In this document: piece after piece, positions 44,218 through 54,291 of the stretch
Position numbering within the stretch: position 1 is the first letter of the stretch
Layout: each line of letters begins with the position of its first letter
NCBI GenBank assembly: GCA_938082505.1
Contig: CALLLH010000024.1
Span: forward strand, 13,983-77,982
Length of the DNA: 64,000 nt
Direction: 5' to 3'
From: an uncultured Flavobacteriales bacterium
Lineage (GTDB): Bacteria > Bacteroidota > Bacteroidia > Flavobacteriales_D > Sanyastnellaceae
Translations under genes and position numbers: made by a program
Notes under the pieces: model-generated
Told to the model about the DNA's origin: nothing
The model's input: only the letters and a program-made list of their open reading frames with translations
Databases searched by the model: none

Positions 44218-45135
44218 TCAACCGGGGTTGTACGCAAGCAAGGTCTTCCACGCGCCATCCACATCACCCTGTTCAAGCCTTCGTTTGGCTTCAGACAGGA
44301 GTGCCGCCTCCAGTGCATTCGGGTCGTCTTCGAATGCCATGAAGAGGTCGGACAACTCAATCAGTTTGTGCTCGTTGACCTCAGTCTCGTCGGGGATGGC
44401 CGTGGCGGCACCCAGCCGGGCACGTTCATTGCTGTCCAGCCCCTGCATGGCTGCGATTTCCGCAGGCAAGGCATCCACTCCGACACCCAGTCCCTGACCG
44501 GAGGGTTTGGGGATTTCGAACAGGGCATCCCCCGAAGCCCGCACATAGAAGTTGCCACCACAGCGGCCCACCAGGTCGATGCTCCGGGCGTCCACCTTTC
44601 CGTCTTCACCGAGCACATCTTCCGCGATGTGGATGCGCTTGACTTCACAGACGAGCATGTGTCCGGCACCGGGACCCGAGCCCAGTTCGACGATTTGCGT
44701 CACGGCGCATTCGAACGCGACCGGCGCCTCTCCCACACGGTCGGGTCGCACGGTGTCACTTGCCACAGGGGTAAAGCCCGCCTTGGCGAATTCGTCCACC
44801 TCCGATGGATAGTCACTGCTGGAGAGCGAGGCCCCTTCAACCATGGCATGGTCCACGAGGTTGACCACGATCTCCTTGGTGTTGCGGGCATTCGCGAGTG
44901 TATCCTTCACGGTGCCGTCCCGGCCGCGCAATGTGGGGCCCACGATGAGCACGGGGGGGTCAATAGAGAAGACGTTGAAGTAGCTGAACGGCGCGAGATT
45001 GCGGTTGCCCATTGCATCCGTGGTGCTGGCGAGCGCGATGGGCCGAGGGGCCACAGTCCCCACCAGCAGTCCGTAGCGGTCCTTGACGGGAAGGGCCCCG
45101 GGATCGAAGGCCCGGACATTGCGGATGCGGCTCAT
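44218..45135 (-). CDS. flavin reductase-like FMN-binding protein with ~100-aa C-terminal extension
   Basis: VAPRPIALASTTDAMGNRNLAPFSYFN. It overlaps purE by 4 nt. Confidence 0.75.
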   Translation of the reverse strand: MSRIRNVRAFDPGALPVKDRYGLLVGTVAPRPIALASTTDAMGNRNLAPFSYFNVFSIDPPVLIVGPTLRGRDGTVKDTLANARNTKEIVVNLVDHAMVEGASLSSSDYPSEVDEFAKAGFTPVASDTVRPDRVGEAPVAFECAVTQIVELGSGPGAGHMLVCEVKRIHIAEDVLGEDGKVDARSIDLVGRCGGNFYVRASGDALFEIPKPSGQGLGVGVDALPAEIAAMQGLDSNERARLGAATAIPDETEVNEHKLIELSDLFMAFEDDPNALEAALLSEAKRRLEQGDVDGAWKTLLAYNPG

Positions 45136-45638
45136 CTTCCGGCAATGGTGTTGCCCGCCTGCTCGACCTCTTCCACCGAGTTCATGACCTTGTCCCGGAG
45201 GCCATCAGCAAAGGCATCAAGGCGCTGGGCCAGGATTTCATTCCCCGCACCGAGGATGCGCGCTGCGAGCAATCCCGCATTGCGCCCGCCGTCGAGTGCC
45301 ACGGTGGCGACGGGGATGCCCGCCGGCATCTGCAGGATGCTGAGGATGCTGTCCCAGCCGTCGATGCTGTTGCTGCTCTTCACCGGAACGCCCACGACAG
45401 GCAGGCTGGTCAAGCTGGCCACCATGCCTGGAAGGTGGGCGGCCCCTCCGGCTCCGGCCACGATGACTCCGATGCCGCGTTCCCGCGCAGAGCGGGCATA
45501 CTCGACCATGCGTTCCGGGGTGCGGTGGGCACTCACGACCGTCATCTCGTGGTCGACGCCAAGTTCAGTCAGTATTTCCGCGGCCTGCCGCATGACGGGC
45601 AGATCGCTCTTGCTGCCCATGATGATGCCCACTTTCAT
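45132..45638 (-). CDS. purE: 5-(carboxyamino)imidazole ribonucleotide mutase
   Basis: GIIMGSKSDLPVM, VSAHRTPERM and AGAGGAAHLPGMVA. Confidence 0.95.
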   Translation of the reverse strand: MKVGIIMGSKSDLPVMRQAAEILTELGVDHEMTVVSAHRTPERMVEYARSARERGIGVIVAGAGGAAHLPGMVASLTSLPVVGVPVKSSNSIDGWDSILSILQMPAGIPVATVALDGGRNAGLLAARILGAGNEILAQRLDAFADGLRDKVMNSVEEVEQAGNTIAGR

Positions 45639-45672
45639 GGTGCGAAGATACGGGGGGACAGAACGTCGAGGG

Positions 45673-46929
45673 TCAGGTCAGAATGGAGACCACACATGCC
45701 GTGAGCAGGCAGGCGACAGTGCCCGCGAGCAGCGCCCTGAAGCCGAGCTGGGCCAACTCTCCCCTGCGCGAGGGGGCGAGTACCCCTATGCCCCCCACCT
45801 GGATGCCGATCGAGGCGAAATTGGCGAAGCCACACAGGATATAGGTGGCAATCAGGACACTTCGATCGCTCATCTCTGCCTTGAGTTTGCCCAAGGTCTC
45901 GTACGCATAGAATTCATTGATGACAGTCTTCTCGCCAAGCAATTGTCCGACCAGCACACAGTCCTCACTGGCGATGCCGACGAGCCATGCGATGGGAGCC
46001 CCGATGTAGCCGAGTACGAATTCCATGCTCAGGTCATCGAAAGTCGTGTGGGCCGCGATGACCCCGTTCAATCCTGTGAACCCTCCAAACCAGGACAGGA
46101 TGTCGTTCACCATGAATACCAAAGCGGTGAACACGAGCAGCATGACCCCGACGTTGGCGGCAAGGACAAGCCCATCCCGCGTACCGCTGGTGATGGCTTC
46201 GAGGAAATTGCTCGCTTCAGATTTCACCAGCTCCACCTTTTCCGCAGCCTGCAGATTGGTTTCTGGAACGAGCAGTTTGGCCGCAGCAACGGATGCCGGC
46301 GCCGAAATGAGGGATGCGGTGAGCAGGTGGGTGGCGAAATAAGCCTGCATTTCAGGGTCCGTGCCACCGAGGATCTGCACGAATGCCGCAAAAACAGAGC
46401 CGGCAATCGTGGCCATGCCGCCCGTCATGACCAGCATGAGCTCGGAGCGGGTCATCTTCTCCAAGTATGGGCGGATGAGCAGGGGGCTCTCTGTCTGTCC
46501 CAAGAAGACATTGCCCGCGACGGCGAGGCTTTCCCGTCCGGAAAGCTTCAGGGTGTGGCGCATCAGCCAAGCGAAACCCTTGATGAACAGGGCCAGCAGC
46601 CCCATGTGGTGCAGCAGTGCGCTCAGGGCACTGAAGAACACGATGGTCGGCAGGATGCGGAAGGCAAAGTTCTCGAGGTACGGTCCGACCTCACCATTCA
46701 CATTGAGCAGGAAGTCGGATCCGCGCCACGTGTAGTTGATGACGGTCACGAAAGTCTCGGCAACCCATTGGAAGGCCTCCTTGACGAAAGGAGCCTTCAA
46801 CACGAGGACGGCCAGCACGAACTGGAGTCCGAGCGCACCGAGGATGGTGCGCCACGCGACTGATTTTCTGGATGATGAGATGGCCCACAATACCCCTGTG
46901 AGCACGAGGATTCCGAGCACTGCCCTCAT
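45673..46929 (-). CDS. nupC: concentrative nucleoside transporter (NupC/CNT family)
   Basis: 418 aa polytopic, with C-terminal ILCGFANFASIGIQVGGIG and MATIAGSVFAAF. Confidence 0.85.
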   Translation of the reverse strand: MRAVLGILVLTGVLWAISSSRKSVAWRTILGALGLQFVLAVLVLKAPFVKEAFQWVAETFVTVINYTWRGSDFLLNVNGEVGPYLENFAFRILPTIVFFSALSALLHHMGLLALFIKGFAWLMRHTLKLSGRESLAVAGNVFLGQTESPLLIRPYLEKMTRSELMLVMTGGMATIAGSVFAAFVQILGGTDPEMQAYFATHLLTASLISAPASVAAAKLLVPETNLQAAEKVELVKSEASNFLEAITSGTRDGLVLAANVGVMLLVFTALVFMVNDILSWFGGFTGLNGVIAAHTTFDDLSMEFVLGYIGAPIAWLVGIASEDCVLVGQLLGEKTVINEFYAYETLGKLKAEMSDRSVLIATYILCGFANFASIGIQVGGIGVLAPSRRGELAQLGFRALLAGTVACLLTACVVSILT

Positions 46930-47534
46930 TTTTTCTCTCTTCGTTCGATTTCGTCGCGCAACAGGCCTGCCCGCTCATAATCTTCCTTATAAATGGCCAA
47001 GTCCAGTTCAATCTGCAATTCTTCCAAGGAGAGGGCACTGAATCCGCCCTTGGGATCCACGGGCTCTTCGAGCCCGAACGGGTCTTCCGGATTCTCCTCC
47101 GGCATCGGCTTCATTTCCTCCTCTCCCTCCGGAGCAATGCCCGCCATGTCCAGCACCTTGTCTTCGCAGAAAATCGGGCATCCGAAACGGACCGCCAGCG
47201 CCACGGCGTCCGAGGTCCGGGCGTCGATGGTGCGCTCCTCTCCGTCGCTTTTGCACACCAGCCGCGCAAAAAAGATGCCCTCTACAAGGTCGTAGATGAC
47301 CACCTCGGTGATCTCGATGTCGAAGGCCAGCGCGAGGCTGTTGAAGAGGTCATGCGTCAAGGGCCTGCTGGGCGTCATGTTCTCCAGCTTGATGGCAATG
47401 GACTGTGCTTCGTGCATGCCGATCACGATGGGAAGTTTGCGCTTTCCCTCCATTTCTTCGAGCACCAGGTTGTAGGCGCCGGTTGTGGCGCCACTCGGTC
47501 GGATGTCGAAAACCAAAAGCTGGGATCTTTTCAT
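46926..47534 (-). CDS. bifunctional nuclease family protein (DUF151) with C-terminal UVR motif
   Basis: YNLVLEEMEGKRKLPIVIGMHEAQSIAIKLE..SRPLTHDL. UVR-like tail LEELQIELDLAIYKEDYERAGLLRDEI. Confidence 0.8.
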   Translation of the reverse strand: MKRSQLLVFDIRPSGATTGAYNLVLEEMEGKRKLPIVIGMHEAQSIAIKLENMTPSRPLTHDLFNSLALAFDIEITEVVIYDLVEGIFFARLVCKSDGEERTIDARTSDAVALAVRFGCPIFCEDKVLDMAGIAPEGEEEMKPMPEENPEDPFGLEEPVDPKGGFSALSLEELQIELDLAIYKEDYERAGLLRDEIERREKK

Positions 47535-47571
47535 GGTCGTGCTCCGGCAGGGTTCAATGTAGCCCTTAACC

Positions 47572-48495
47572 TCAGAGTGCCTTGAATGCCTCTGTCAATT
47601 TCGGCACCACGTCGAAGGCATCACCGACGATGCCGTAGTCCGCGGCCTTGAAGAATGGGGCTTCCGGGTCCTTGTTGATCACGACGATGACCTTGGAGCC
47701 ATTGACCCCGGCGAGGTGTTGGATGGCACCGGAAATCCCGATGGCGATGTAGAGGTTGGGACGGATGGCGATCCCCGTCTGTCCCACATGTTCGTGGTGG
47801 GGCCGCCAACCGATGTCCGAAACGGGTCGGGAGCAGGCGGTCGTAGCCCCCACCGCATCGGCAAGGTCTTCAATGATGCCCCAGTTCTCCGGGCCTTTCA
47901 ATCCGCGTCCGGCGGATACGACGAGCTCGGCTTCGGGCAGTGGCGCCCGGCCACCCGTGCTGGGGGCCGCGGCTTCCAGTACTTCCACCTTGCGTTCTCC
48001 CAGGTCGGCGTTGAATGCTTCAACCGAAGCAGTTCCACTGCCAGCTGCAGGAAGCCCGATGGCATTCGGGGTGGTGGTGATGACCAGCTTGTCGGTCGCA
48101 CCCTTCACCTGGGCCGTGGCCTTGCCACTGAATACGTTGCGGGTATAATTGTCTCCCTGCGGGGGCTCCGTCACACCGGCGATGAGGCCGGCGTTCAGCC
48201 GAACGGAAACCCGCCCTGCTATGGCCTTGCCCAGGTGGTCCTGCGCGCAGACCACAACGTGCGCTTCCTCCTGGTTCGCGGCGGCGGAGACCAGGCGGCC
48301 GAGTTGGCCATCATCGAGGTCAGCTGGTCCCTGGAGCACGCGGCCGACGCCTACGGCGCCGAGGCCTCCGTCTCCGTTCAGCACTCCTGAAACAACGGCA
48401 ATGGTCTCACCGATTCCTGCTGCGAATCCGGCGGCTTCGAGGCTGGCCTTCGAGGCCTGTCCTCCCTTGGTCTGAATGAACGCGATGCACTTCAT
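47572..48495 (-). CDS. etfA: electron transfer flavoprotein subunit alpha
   Basis: C-terminal FAD-binding block [17 protein letters not shown]...[12 protein letters not shown]. Confidence 0.9.
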   Translation of the reverse strand: MKCIAFIQTKGGQASKASLEAAGFAAGIGETIAVVSGVLNGDGGLGAVGVGRVLQGPADLDDGQLGRLVSAAANQEEAHVVVCAQDHLGKAIAGRVSVRLNAGLIAGVTEPPQGDNYTRNVFSGKATAQVKGATDKLVITTTPNAIGLPAAGSGTASVEAFNADLGERKVEVLEAAAPSTGGRAPLPEAELVVSAGRGLKGPENWGIIEDLADAVGATTACSRPVSDIGWRPHHEHVGQTGIAIRPNLYIAIGISGAIQHLAGVNGSKVIVVINKDPEAPFFKAADYGIVGDAFDVVPKLTEAFKAL

Positions 48496-48518
48496 GTTGA
48501 ATGGCTTTCAGGGTGGGA

Positions 48519-49259
48519 TCAGATGACTTTGGCTTCCTCGCGGAGCAGGCGCACCAATTCGCTTGGGTTGTCCGCATCCACAAGCTTGACCCCTGCTTTT
48601 TCTGGCGGCAGGGCAAAACGATCGATCCGCGTGCCTGCAGTGGCTCCTGAGGCGGGCACCACCTGCAAGGGCTTGGTTCGGGCCGCCATGATGCCGCGCA
48701 TATTGGGGATGCGTTGCTCGGCCATGCCCTTGGCTGCGGACAGGACGAAGGGGCCGCTGACCCCGACTTTTTCGATGCCGTGGGCGGTTTCCCGGGTCAT
48801 GATGGCCTTGTCACCTTCGTAGTTCAGGGAAGTGCACAAGGCGATGCACGGCACGTCGAGGTGCTCTGCGATCATGGCGGGTACGGCACTTCCGTTGTGG
48901 TCGATGGTTTCCTTGCCACAGAGAATGGCGTCAAAGGACTGTCCCTTGGCGTAGGCGGCAATTTCCGCAGCGACCTGCATGGCGTCCTCGGGCTGCGCGT
49001 CGATCCGGACCGCTTCGTGTGCTCCGATGGCCAATGCCTTCCGGAGGATGGGGTCGCAGTCGGCTCCACCCACGGCGGCGATGACCACCTTGCCCCCGCC
49101 GGCCTCGACCAACTCGAGCGCGCGCACGAGCGCATACCATTCGTCATAGGGGTTGACGATGAATTGAACACCCTCCTCATTGAAGCGGGTATCGCCCTCC
49201 GTGAACGCAATGCGCGTCGTGGTGTCGGGGGCCTTGCTGATGCAGACGAGAAATTCCAT
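48519..49259 (-). CDS. etfB: electron transfer flavoprotein subunit beta
   Basis: VNPYDEWYALVRALEL and ILCGKETIDHNGSAVPAMIAEHL. 246 aa, immediately upstream of etfA. Confidence 0.9.
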   Translation of the reverse strand: MEFLVCISKAPDTTTRIAFTEGDTRFNEEGVQFIVNPYDEWYALVRALELVEAGGGKVVIAAVGGADCDPILRKALAIGAHEAVRIDAQPEDAMQVAAEIAAYAKGQSFDAILCGKETIDHNGSAVPAMIAEHLDVPCIALCTSLNYEGDKAIMTRETAHGIEKVGVSGPFVLSAAKGMAEQRIPNMRGIMAARTKPLQVVPASGATAGTRIDRFALPPEKAGVKLVDADNPSELVRLLREEAKVI

Positions 49260-49403
49260 GCCTTGACGTTGAAGGTGAGGGACACAGTCCCCCCTTTTCG
49301 GGACCGCGAAGTTAAAGCCGGGAGCCCGCCCGATTCAACCGTATACCGAACATCCATGGAGCGCCGTAACTTCGCGGCCTTCAAAACGAAACATCGGATC
49401 ATC

Positions 49404-50384
49404 ATGCGTACCATTCAATTCCGTGAAGCGGTGTGTGAAGCCATGAGCGAGGAGATGCGCCGGGACGACCGCGTATTCCTGCTGGGTGAGGAAGTCGCCG
49501 AATACAACGGTGCCTACAAGGCATCCAAAGGCATGCTCGAGGAATTCGGCCCTGAGCGTGTGATCGACACCCCGATCAGTGAGTTGGGATTCAGTGCGAT
49601 CGCAGTGGGTGCCGCCATGAACGGTTTGAGGCCCATCGTGGAGTTCATGACCTGGAATTTCGCCGTGCTGGCGAGCGACCAGATCATCAACCACGCGTCC
49701 AAAATGCTGCAGATGAGTGGCGGTCAATATGGATGTCCGATCGTGTTCCGCGGTCCCAATGGGCAGGCGGGTCAGCTGGCGGCGACCCACAGCCAGAGCT
49801 ATGAGAGTTTGTATGCGAGCATGCCCGGATTGAAGGTGGTGACCCCCTTCACCCCTTATGAGGCCAAGGGATTGCTCAAGTCCGCAATCCGCGACGACGA
49901 CCCGGTGCTCGTCATGGAGTCGGAGAAGATGTACGGAGACAAGGGAGAAGTGCCCGACGGCGAGTTTCTCGTTCCCATCGGCAAGGCCAATGTCCGCCGC
50001 AAGGGTTCCGATTGCACGATTGTCAGCTTCGGCAAGATCCTCAAGACAGTACACGAAGCCGCGGATGAATTGATGAAGGAAGGCATCGAGGTGGAGATCG
50101 TGGATCTCGTGACCATCCGGCCCCTCGACCTGGAGACCATCGTGGAGAGTGTCAAGAAGACCGGTCGCCTCGTCATCGTGGAGGAGAGCTTCCCGGTGGC
50201 GTCCATCGCCTCCGAGGTCAGCTACCGGATCCAACGACATGCATTCGATTATCTCGATGCGCCGATTCGCCGCTTGTGCCAGTCCGACACTCCTTTTGCC
50301 TTCTCCACTTCCCTGATTGAAGAGGCGTTGCCGCAGGTCGGAGACATCGTGCGCACGGTCAAAGAGGTCAATTACGTCGCCTGA
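49404..50384 (+). CDS. pdhB: pyruvate (2-oxoacid) dehydrogenase E1 component beta subunit
   Basis: MRTIQFREAVCEAMSEEMRRDDRVFLLGEEVAEYNGAYKASKG, VIDTPISE and PIVFRGPNG. ATG 49404. Confidence 0.9.
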   Translation: MRTIQFREAVCEAMSEEMRRDDRVFLLGEEVAEYNGAYKASKGMLEEFGPERVIDTPISELGFSAIAVGAAMNGLRPIVEFMTWNFAVLASDQIINHASKMLQMSGGQYGCPIVFRGPNGQAGQLAATHSQSYESLYASMPGLKVVTPFTPYEAKGLLKSAIRDDDPVLVMESEKMYGDKGEVPDGEFLVPIGKANVRRKGSDCTIVSFGKILKTVHEAADELMKEGIEVEIVDLVTIRPLDLETIVESVKKTGRLVIVEESFPVASIASEVSYRIQRHAFDYLDAPIRRLCQSDTPFAFSTSLIEEALPQVGDIVRTVKEVNYVA

Positions 50385-50464
50385 CCCCCCGCATTTCCCC
50401 GCGCATTATCTTCGCGCCCCGAAACACCTGAATCTGCTGACCCGTTCAGCGTCAACCATTTCCT

Positions 50465-52726
50465 ATGCTAGACACGGTCCTTTACCTCGTGCCCGCCTTG
50501 GCCATTGTAGGCCTCATTTACATGTTCGTCCAATCCCGGTGGGTGCGTGCCCAAAGCACCGGAGAGGCCCGAATGGGCGAAATCGCCCAGTACATCCATG
50601 AAGGTGCTCTTGCATTCCTGAGCGCGGAATACCGCATTCTGGCGGTTTTCGTGGTCGTGGCAGGGGCATTGCTTGGCCTGGTATCCATCTTGGTGCCCAC
50701 AACACATTGGTTCATCGTCGTTGCCTTCGTCATCGGTGCGGTATTCTCCGCTTTGGCTGGCAACATGGGCATGCGGATCGCGACGCAAGCCAATGTGCGC
50801 ACGACCCAGGCTGCGAGGACGAGCCTTGCCCAGGCACTGAAAGTCTCCTTTACCGGGGGCATGGTCATGGGCCTCGGTGTGGCCGGACTCGCCGTGTTCG
50901 GATTGAGTATCCTCTTCATCGTCCTGCTCAATATGTTCTCCAATGGGGGATGGACCGGCGTTGAGAACATGACCATGATCCTCGAGGCCCTCGCCGGTTT
51001 CTCCCTGGGAGCGGAGTCCATTGCGCTCTTCGCCCGTGTGGGGGGGGGCATTTACACGAAAGCGGCGGACGTGGGTGCCGACCTCGTCGGAAAAGTCGAG
51101 GCCGGCATTCCGGAGGATGATCCCCGGAATCCTGCCACCATCGCAGACAACGTGGGTGACAATGTGGGAGACGTGGCCGGCATGGGTGCGGACCTCTTCG
51201 GCAGCTACGTGGCCACCGTGTTGGCCGCCATGGTGCTCGGCAACTATGTCATCAAAGACATGGGCGGCAACATCACCGACGACTACGGTGGCATGTCCAC
51301 CATCCTCCTGCCGCTGATCATCTCTGCGCTCGGCATCATTTTCTCCATCCTCGGATCGCTTGTGATCAAGGTCAAGGATGGCGCCAAGGAAGCTGAAGTC
51401 CAGGCCGCCCTCAACCGAGGCAATTGGGGCTCCATCATCCTGACGGCCATTGCCTGCTATTTTCTGATCAAGAACATGCTCCCCGAGTCGCTCACCATGG
51501 CGTTCTTCGGTGAGGCTGACCGGACCTTCGGCAGCATCAATGTGTTCTTCTCGGTCATTGTCGGTCTCGTCGTCGGCGCGGCCATCTCTTATATGACGGA
51601 GTACTACACCGGCCTCGGAAAGAAGCCGGTCCTCGGCATCGTGCAGAAGTCCTCGACGGGTGCGGCCACCAACATCATCGCAGGCCTCGCCACGGGCATG
51701 ATCTCGACATTCGGTCCGATCCTGCTCTTCGCCTCGGCCATCTATATCGCCTATGAGTTCGCCGGATTCTACGGTGTGGCCATAGCGGCCTGCTCGATGA
51801 TGGCCACCACGGCCATGCAGCTTGCCATCGACGCCTTCGGTCCCATCGCGGACAATGCGGGCGGCATTGCAGAAATGAGCGAGTTGCCTGATGAGGTGCG
51901 CGAGCGCACCGACATCCTCGACTCCGTAGGCAATACCACGGCGGCCATCGGAAAGGGATTCGCCATCGCCTCCGCCGCACTGACGGCCCTCGCCCTCTTC
52001 GCCGCTTATGTGGAGTTCACCGGGATTGATGGCATCAACATTTTCAAAGCCAATGTCCTCGCGGCCCTGTTCATCGGCGGCATGATTCCGGTGGTCTTCT
52101 CGGCCCTCGCCATGAATTCGGTCGGAAAAGCCGCCATGGAAATGGTTCAGGAGGTGCGTCGGCAATTCAGGGAAATCCCCGGCATCCTCGAGGGTACTGG
52201 AAAACCCGATTACGGCAAGTGTGTCGACATCAGCACGCAGGCCGCCCTCAAGGAGATGATGCTCCCGGGCGCCATGACCATCGCATTCCCGCTCGTCATC
52301 GGCCTGGTGCCCCTGCTGTTCGGTGCCGATCCCGCATGGGCAGCCGAGACACTCGGGGGGTACATGGCGGGTGTGACCGTCAGCGGTGTCCTTTGGGCCA
52401 TCTTCCAAAACAATGCCGGTGGAGCTTGGGACAATGCCAAGAAGTCCTTTGAGGCGGGTGTGGAGATTGACGGTGAGATGACCTTCAAGGGCAGCGAGGC
52501 CCACAAAGCGGCCGTCACCGGTGACACCGTGGGTGACCCCTTCAAGGACACTTCCGGACCCTCCATGAACATTCTGATCAAACTGACCTGCCTGGTTGGC
52601 TTGGTCATTGCGCCGATCCTCGGTGGACACGGCGAAGGGGACCACGATGGCCACAATCAGGGTTCCATCGAGGTTCCTGCCTCTGAGGCTGCTCCTGTTG
52701 CAGCAGCGGTATTGAAGGACGCATGA
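50465..52726 (+). CDS. hppA: membrane-bound ion-translocating pyrophosphatase, K+-dependent type
   Basis: [29 protein letters not shown] and [20 protein letters not shown] has Ala at the K+-dependence position. 753 aa. Confidence 0.95.
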   Translation: MLDTVLYLVPALAIVGLIYMFVQSRWVRAQSTGEARMGEIAQYIHEGALAFLSAEYRILAVFVVVAGALLGLVSILVPTTHWFIVVAFVIGAVFSALAGNMGMRIATQANVRTTQAARTSLAQALKVSFTGGMVMGLGVAGLAVFGLSILFIVLLNMFSNGGWTGVENMTMILEALAGFSLGAESIALFARVGGGIYTKAADVGADLVGKVEAGIPEDDPRNPATIADNVGDNVGDVAGMGADLFGSYVATVLAAMVLGNYVIKDMGGNITDDYGGMSTILLPLIISALGIIFSILGSLVIKVKDGAKEAEVQAALNRGNWGSIILTAIACYFLIKNMLPESLTMAFFGEADRTFGSINVFFSVIVGLVVGAAISYMTEYYTGLGKKPVLGIVQKSSTGAATNIIAGLATGMISTFGPILLFASAIYIAYEFAGFYGVAIAACSMMATTAMQLAIDAFGPIADNAGGIAEMSELPDEVRERTDILDSVGNTTAAIGKGFAIASAALTALALFAAYVEFTGIDGINIFKANVLAALFIGGMIPVVFSALAMNSVGKAAMEMVQEVRRQFREIPGILEGTGKPDYGKCVDISTQAALKEMMLPGAMTIAFPLVIGLVPLLFGADPAWAAETLGGYMAGVTVSGVLWAIFQNNAGGAWDNAKKSFEAGVEIDGEMTFKGSEAHKAAVTGDTVGDPFKDTSGPSMNILIKLTCLVGLVIAPILGGHGEGDHDGHNQGSIEVPASEAAPVAAAVLKDA

Positions 52727-53556
52727 TGCGCCGCAATTGGATTTTTCCGGTCGTGGGCATGGCCCTCACCGCAGGGCTCGTCTGCGGATGCGGTGAGGCC
52801 GCGGAAGGTGAGGCAGGTGCCTCCAAGCCGAGCAAGGCCGGAAACGAGGACGGCATTCCCTCCGAGCCGGTGGCGGATGCCTGTGATTGTTTCGAGGAAG
52901 GATTGAGCCGGGCACAGCAGAAGTACTGCAGGGAGTCCAAGCGGAACGTCGCTTTCCTTGAAGCCCTGCGCAAATGCGGAACGGCGGAAGTGGGTGGCGT
53001 GAGTGCCATCAACAAGATGCCGGGCGACGGACAGTACACGATGAATGTGGACCAGTCGCTGATCCAATGGCAAGGCAGCAAGGCCACCATGGCGGAATCA
53101 GGCACGGTGCCATTCCGGTCGTGCACTTTCCAGATCCAGAACAGTCAACTGATTTCCGGCAGCGTCGTCGTGGAAATGAACGCCATCCAGGCCACCAGTG
53201 TGGAAGGATTGGCAGCCCGCAATCTGAGCAAGCATCTGCGCAGTGAGGACTTCTTCAATGTCTCTGAATTCCCCACCGCGGCCTTCATTTTCGAGCGTGG
53301 TCGTACCGATGGCCGCGGCAATCTGTTGCTGCAGGGAAAACTGAACATCAAGGGCATCTCGAAGCCGGCCTCAGCAGTCCTGAGTTTCGGCTCTTCCGAT
53401 CCCGTGGTGGCCAGCGTCAACATGGTCTTCAACCGGGCGGACTTCGATGTGCGATTTGGCAGCGGTTCGTTCTTCGACAACCTGGGGGATGACTTGATTT
53501 CGGATGAGGTCAATCTGAAGATGGTCCTCGTGGAGGACGTCTCCCTGCGCAAGTGA
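52723..53556 (+). CDS. YceI-like domain lipoprotein with Cys-containing N-terminal extension
   Basis: Lipobox LVCGCG and YceI-type blocks LSKHLRSEDFFNVSEFPTAAF and LQGKLNIKGISKPA. ATGA overlap with the hppA stop. Confidence 0.75.
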   Translation: MMRRNWIFPVVGMALTAGLVCGCGEAAEGEAGASKPSKAGNEDGIPSEPVADACDCFEEGLSRAQQKYCRESKRNVAFLEALRKCGTAEVGGVSAINKMPGDGQYTMNVDQSLIQWQGSKATMAESGTVPFRSCTFQIQNSQLISGSVVVEMNAIQATSVEGLAARNLSKHLRSEDFFNVSEFPTAAFIFERGRTDGRGNLLLQGKLNIKGISKPASAVLSFGSSDPVVASVNMVFNRADFDVRFGSGSFFDNLGDDLISDEVNLKMVLVEDVSLRK

Positions 53557-53579
53557 CGCCGAGGTAGGGCATCCAAATG

Positions 53580-53607
53580 AAAAACGGCCCCGATGAGGGC
53601 CGTTTTT
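53580..53607. terminator. bidirectional rho-independent terminator between convergent genes
   Basis: Stem aaaaacggccc, loop cgatga, stem gggccgttttt, with A-run and T-run flanks. Confidence 0.85.
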
Positions 53608-53632
53608 CATTCTGTCCGCTGGCAGGAAGCCC

Positions 53633-54247
53633 TCAGAACAAGCCGTTCAATTCGGCATCCACTTTCGTGATGATCTCACCCAATTGCTCTGGGTTGTGCT
53701 CGAAGTCCATGTGGTCCACATTGATGACGAGCACCTTGCCCTTCGTGTAGGTGGAAATCCACGCCTCGTAGCGCTCATTCAGCCGGTTGAGGTAATCCAG
53801 ACGGATGGACTCTTCATATTCCCGTCCCCGCTTCTGGATTTTCTCGACCAGGTTGCCTACGCTGCTGCGCAGGTAGATGAGCAGGTCGGGCGGAGTGACA
53901 AACTGCTCCATCATTTCGAACAGCTTGAGGAAATTCTCGTGGTCCCGCGAAGTCATCAACCCCATCGCCTGAAGGTTCGGGGCGAAGATGTAGGCATCCT
54001 CGTAGATGGTGCGGTCCTGAACCATGTCGTGCCCGCTGGATTTCAGCGCATGCAGCTGGCCGAAACGGGACGTCAGGAAATGGATTTGCAGGTTGAAGGA
54101 CCAACGCTGCATGTCCTTGTAGAAATCGTTCAGGTAGGGGTTGTCATCCACGCTCTCATAGTGCGGGGTGATCTTGTAGTGCTGGGCCAGGAGCCGCGTA
54201 AGGGTAGTTTTCCCGGAGCCGATGTTGCCTGCGATCGCGAGGTGCAT
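53633..54247 (-). CDS. deoxynucleoside kinase
   Basis: P-loop AIAGNIGSGKTTL and DRTIYED. 204 aa. Confidence 0.85.
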   Translation of the reverse strand: MHLAIAGNIGSGKTTLTRLLAQHYKITPHYESVDDNPYLNDFYKDMQRWSFNLQIHFLTSRFGQLHALKSSGHDMVQDRTIYEDAYIFAPNLQAMGLMTSRDHENFLKLFEMMEQFVTPPDLLIYLRSSVGNLVEKIQKRGREYEESIRLDYLNRLNERYEAWISTYTKGKVLVINVDHMDFEHNPEQLGEIITKVDAELNGLF

Positions 54248-54291
54248 GTTCGTGCGGTTGGAGACGGCAAGGTAGGGGCCGCGATGCCTTC

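Noticed and set aside
44368-46863. 831-aa plus-strand ORF
   Set aside because: It runs antisense across flavin reductase, purE and nupC, three genes with definitive motifs. It cannot be a single real protein.
48714-49403. Upstream 230 codons of ORF 48714..50384
   Set aside because: This part is antisense to etfB. The E1-beta homology starts at MRTIQFREAV (ATG 49404).
50468-52654. 728-aa minus-strand ORF opposite hppA
   Set aside because: hppA has every pyrophosphatase signature. The antisense frame is Gly/Asp/His/Arg-rich without motifs.
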